Origin: Leidyana gryllorum EB-2025a
Taxonomy: Eukaryota; Protista; Apicomplexa
Assembly: GCA_048772705.1 (NCBI GenBank)
Contig: JBLWGC010000108.1
Span: 1 to 33,725 of the forward strand
Direction of reading: 5' to 3'
DNA length: 33,725 bases
In this document: piece after piece, positions 29,798-33,725 of the stretch
Numbering within the stretch: the first letter of the stretch is position 1
Layout of the letters: each line of letters begins with the position of its first letter
Program-made: the position numbers and the translations under genes
Notes under the pieces: model-generated
Database searches by the model: none
The model's input: the letters and a program-made list of their open reading frames with translations, nothing else
What the model was told of the DNA's origin: nothing

Positions 29798-32444
29798 CTG
29801 TCCGCGTGTCAGGTGGGAGTTCCAGGAAATCCATATGCACTTCGACCCAGGGTTGTGATGGGATGTTTAGTGGGTTCAGGAGGCCGAGGGGGCGGTGGCG
29901 TCGTTGCTTACCCAATTGGCATGTCTGGCATTGTCGGCAAAACTGGGCTACGTCGTTCGTCATCCCAGGCCAGGTGAAGGTGGCTCGGATCCTATTTGCC
30001 GTCTTTTGCGGTCCGTAGTGGCCGGCGGTAAGTGTTGAGTGGGCCTCGCCTATGATTTGGGAGATCAATCCCGGGTCGAGTGGGACTTCGATACAGCCGT
30101 CTTCGGTGATGGGCAGGTTGGCGACCCAACGGACTGGTCCGCATGCTCCGGCTTGGTTCTGTCTGGTGCGCCATGCTTCAAGTAGGCTGCTATGTATCTG
30201 GGGCAGTTGATTGTCGACGGGAGGTTCACGGGAAAAATTATTTTGCGGCTCGGAAGGGTCGTTCGTGGCGGGGCTATGTTCGTCGGCGGTGTTCGTCCGA
30301 TTTTGCGGCTCGGAAGGGTCGTTCGTGGCGGGGCTGTGTTCGTCGGCGGTGTTCGTCCGATTTTGCGGCTCGGAAGGGTCGTTCGTGGCGGGGCTGTGTT
30401 CGTCGGCGGTGTTCGTCCGATTTTGCGGCTCGGAAGGGTCGTTCGTGGCGGTGTCGGTGTTCGTCGGCGGTGAATCGCTCACGTCGGTACTTCGTAACGG
30501 ATTTATGCGTGTCGTCAGCGAGAGGACTCGCGCGGTATTCCTCTCCTCTGTCGGCTTATTCGGTCGGCTGAGTAAGTCGGCGATGATGTTATCGCAGCCT
30601 TTCACGTATTCGAACTCGAGATGGTACTCAGCTAAGGTGATTAACCACCGTGCCTGTCGGTCTGACAAGTGTGGCTGCTTCATCAGGTATATCAAGGGGC
30701 GGTGGTCCGTATGGACTCTTATTTCACGGCCCACTAGCAGCTGTCGCCAGTGTCGGACCGCGAAGACCACTGCGAGGAGTTCCCTCTCGTGGGTCGGGTA
30801 GCGTTGCTCGACATCGGTCAGAGCGTGTGAGAAGAAGTCGGCCGGTTTCCGCATCTTCCCTGCCTCTTCCTCGTATTCGAGGGTCGCTCCGATTGCCCGA
30901 GCACTGGCGTCTGTGTGTAGGTGTAGTGTGGTTGCGTGGAGCGGTATGTAACCGAGGGTAGGTGCCGCGAGGAGTAGTGACTTCAGGTTGGTCCACGCTG
31001 TTGTGATACTGTTGTCGGATTGGATAGGGGCTTTGGGGTCCTTTAGGCCCGTCATGGCCTCATATAATGGGGCGGCGACCCTTGCAAAGTTTGGGACGAA
31101 TCGGCGGTAGTAATTGACCAGGCCAAGTGCGCTTTGCGTTTCGCGGAGAGTGGTAGGTACGGGTATATTTTCGATTGCTTCACATTTGGTCCTTAGTGGT
31201 TTGATTCCCTCGGCGGAGATGGTATGCCCCACGTAATCGACTTCGTCTAGGAAGAACCTTGATTTCCGCCGATGGACGATGAGCTGGTGATGGTTCAAAC
31301 GGGAGAAAACGTCTATCAGGTGAGTGCGGTGGGATTCGAAATCTGTGCTGAACACTAAGACGTCGTCTAGGTAGACGAACACAAACTCTCCAATGATGTC
31401 GCGAAAGACGAGATTCATGAGAGACATGAATGTGGCTGGGGCATTGCACAATCCGTTTGGCATGCTGACCCATTCAAAGAGACCCCACGGAGTCGTGAAA
31501 GCGGTGAGTGCGCGGCTGGAAGGGTGAACTCTGACTTGGTGGAAACCGCTTTTGAGGTCGAGCGTGCTGAAGACGCGCGCTCCGTTCAGGACCATTAGGG
31601 CGTCGTGGAGATTCGGCATGGGGTAGGCGGCTTTGACTGTGCGTCCGTTAAGTGCTCGATAGTCACATACGAGGCGGGGTGTTGTGGTATCTTTCTTGGG
31701 CACGAAGAGGCAAGGTGAAGCCCATGTGGACGTCGAGTGCGTGATCTTCCCTTCCTCGAGTAAGGTAAATAATTGTTCCTTCATTTCCCGTATGTATACT
31801 TGTGGCACGCGGTAGGGGGGTCTGGCGTATGCTGGGGCGTGGACGTTCGTGAGGGTGATGCGGTGGTCGATTCCTGGGCGGACTGGGGGGGTAGGAGGTT
31901 GTTCGAGAAAGACCGCGGGGAAGCGTTCGGCGAGAAACAATGCCTTCTCCGGGATGGGGACTCGCACAGGTGGCGGCACTCCTGTCGAGGGGAGGTCGTG
32001 GCGCGTCGGCAGGTCAGACGGGGGTATTCTCGCTACGTGTACGGAGGTGCGGTGGGTGACTATGCGGAGTCGTTCATTTCCCGTTTCTATTTTTATGCGT
32101 GCTCTGATTATATCTGGGGTACCCAGAATGAGGTCGTATGTGGCTTGAGGTACCACCAAAGCCGTGATTGTGAGCGGCGGTCTGGCGGGGAGGTGGAGAG
32201 TAAGTATGGCGGAAGCTGAGGTGGTTTCCTCGGACCACAGTCCCTTGATTTGGACGTGGGAAGATTGTGTAGGGAGTTGAAGTTGTTCAACAACGTGTTT
32301 GCAGACGCAGCTGGCCTCTGCCCCAGTGTCGACCAGGATGACGGCTCGGGGCAGCTGCGTGTCCTTCCAGGGGTGGCTTATCGGCCAGACGGCAGTGAGC
32401 GCCCGACCTACTTGGGCATTTCGGTCGGGCCTAGCGGAAAATCC
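29798..32444 (-). pseudogene. pol: pol of G, open but truncated within the integrase core
   Basis: LVDTGAE, YLDD, TDAS, HSTLTAGH..CQTC, ends MDFLELPPDTRT at the F LTR. Confidence 0.92.
30241..30451. repeat. 60-bp tandem repeat (~3.5 units) inside G pol
   Basis: ttttgcggctcggaagggtcgttcgtggcggggctgtgttcgtcggcggtgttcgtccga at 30241, 30301, 30361 and partial at 30421; encodes ATNDPSEPQNRTNTADEHSP. Confidence 0.97.
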
Positions 32445-33475
32445 GAAACGGTCATGTCTTGAGTATCGGCCTCGATGACGTGGACTCGGCGAGTTTTCGT
32501 TGGTTGCAGCGGTCGTGGTTGGTGAGGAGGTCTCTTGCGGTCGTCCCTGGGTTGAGGGCAGGCTGCGGAGCGGTGTTCGTTGCTCCCACAGTTGAAGCAT
32601 CGCCGTTCTTCTACACACTGGGTGTAAGAGAAGGGGCAACGGGATCCTACAGATCCACCACTTGGTGTGACTCTGTAGTGGAAGACGTCGGCGGTCGTAG
32701 AGCGGTTACCGACACGTTCAGCCCACTCCAGGGCGCGTCGTGCGGCTTCCTCGAAGGTCACTGACAGGTTGGCGGCCACGAGTTGATCGTCTGACGCGGG
32801 AAGTCCGCGATAGAACATCTTTACCAGTAGGTCATCTGGTACTGTCTGGGGTATGGCTCGGCGGAGTCTACGGCTCTCGTCTACGTATTCCTGCATTGAT
32901 GCTGTCTTTCGCGGGTTTACGAAGCGCGTGAATGGGTCGTCCGAGGTGGATCGGGGGGCGAATTCTTTGATGAAGGCGGTTTTGAAGTGTTCCCACCCTT
33001 GTTCTGGTAGGTCGGGTAGCGTTAGGGCCCATTGAGCGGCAGAACCGTGGAGATATGAGCAAGCCCACGCCGCGCGATGTTCTTCGGGGGTATGGCGGGT
33101 CCTGAACCTCAGTGAAATCGCGTCCAGCCACTCCTGTGCTTCTCTACGGCGTCGTCCATCAAATGGTTGCATGTTCTTCAGGGGATCTTGTCCGTCGGTG
33201 AAGGGGTGAAGTTGTGTGGATACAGCTGGCGGTGGTGGACTTGTCGGGGGTGCCGGTCCGGGGGCGCTGGGTTTGGCTGCGTTCGTCTTCAGCAGAGTAA
33301 GAATTTCGAGCATCGTGTGGTTCAGGGCATCTAAGCTGACCGAGCTGTCTAGGTGAGTTGTGGATAGGGATTCGGCTGAAGCGGATGTTGGTTCTTTAGG
33401 CGGGTGCGTGGCTTCCAACGACGCACTGCTACCAGTTTCAGCCCCGTGGGCTCCTGTTGATCGTTTTGTAGGCAT
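32408..33475 (-). CDS. gag: Gag of G
   Basis: MPTKRST..AETGSSA; CFNCGSNEHRSAAC; SDFP at the frameshift site. Confidence 0.92.
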   Translation of the reverse strand: MPTKRSTGAHGAETGSSASLEATHPPKEPTSASAESLSTTHLDSSVSLDALNHTMLEILTLLKTNAAKPSAPGPAPPTSPPPPAVSTQLHPFTDGQDPLKNMQPFDGRRRREAQEWLDAISLRFRTRHTPEEHRAAWACSYLHGSAAQWALTLPDLPEQGWEHFKTAFIKEFAPRSTSDDPFTRFVNPRKTASMQEYVDESRRLRRAIPQTVPDDLLVKMFYRGLPASDDQLVAANLSVTFEEAARRALEWAERVGNRSTTADVFHYRVTPSGGSVGSRCPFSYTQCVEERRCFNCGSNEHRSAACPQPRDDRKRPPHQPRPLQPTKTRRVHVIEADTQDMTVSDFPLGPTEMPK

Positions 33476-33602
33476 GGCAGTCGGTTTGTTCGAGTCGTGC
33501 AACAGGTAAAAATTGGACACACGTGTGTCTGCGCGTCTCCGGCCGGCCGGCCGTTGACGGAGACGGGCTATCCGCCGGATTGGCTTCGGCCAACCGACTA
33601 CA
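33436..33602 (-). repeat. 5' LTR of G (~167 bp; ends TGAAA)
   Basis: Starts TGTAGTCGG, has the GTCTCC..GGAGAC motif, precedes C + PBS. Single copy, so boundaries are inferred. Confidence 0.75.
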
Positions 33603-33725
33603 GACTTCCGCAAGGTCCTTTTCTAGGCCGCAACTGTCGGCCACCTCGTATGGTGCCGATGCCGGGGGCCAGTTGCGTGGGTTGGTCGAGGAGGGGGGTC
33701 GGAGCGTTGGCTCTCGTTGGGCTAA

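Larger units (their letters stand above)
29798..33602 (-). mobile_element. 3'-truncated element 'G' (5' LTR, gag, pol to mid-integrase)
   Basis: LTR ~33436-33602 begins TGTAG; PBS 33417-33434; gag; GGATTTT 32444-32438; pol is cut by the F LTR. Confidence 0.92.

Noticed and set aside
30241-30451. CRISPR-like array
   Set aside because: Contiguous 60-bp units with no unique spacers, in frame inside pol, and no cas genes.
32445-32639. N-terminal extension of G pol in the ORF track
   Set aside because: This is the -1 frame overlapping gag upstream of the slippery site; the start is not ATG and it is not conserved in other elements.
33603-33725. Host gene or further element at the window end
   Set aside because: There is an open minus-strand frame, but it is too short and lacks motifs; possibly another gag fragment.
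1-33725. Assigning a host species or a named element family
   Set aside because: Motif hints (GAGAC boxes, PBS) are insufficient without database searches.

Overview
The whole 33.7 kb window is a dense nest of compact (~4.7-4.8 kb) Ty3/Gypsy chromovirus-type LTR retrotransposons (gag; PR-RT-RH-IN-chromodomain), so it is most likely eukaryotic heterochromatin. I found no host gene. I resolve 11 distinct short LTR types (167-356 bp): two intact elements with 5-bp TSDs (C 11217-15908, E 23339-28115), one coding-intact element whose 3' LTR is interrupted by E (D2), a near-intact element A, three solo LTRs with perfect TSDs, and several truncated fragments. All families share an unusual layout with almost no non-coding interior. 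The gag ATG lies inside the LTR and gag reads through the LTR end and the tRNA-iMet-type PBS (peptide YTGSSA). Pol is reached by a predicted -1 frameshift at an invariant G-GAT-TTT plus hairpin or pseudoknot. Pol usually reads through the PPT and stops inside the first 5 nt of the 3' LTR. The most striking signal is an LTR-encoded Gag N-terminal motif M-x(1-3)-L-R-(S/N)-(G/R/K/S) in 9 of 11 families, encoded with varying codons. It resembles the KSHV LANA / IL-33 nucleosome acidic-patch anchor (MxLRSG) and suggests, as a hypothesis, two-point chromatin targeting together with the integrase chromodomain. Element labels (A-I, X, S1-S3) are my own. The host species cannot be determined from this window.
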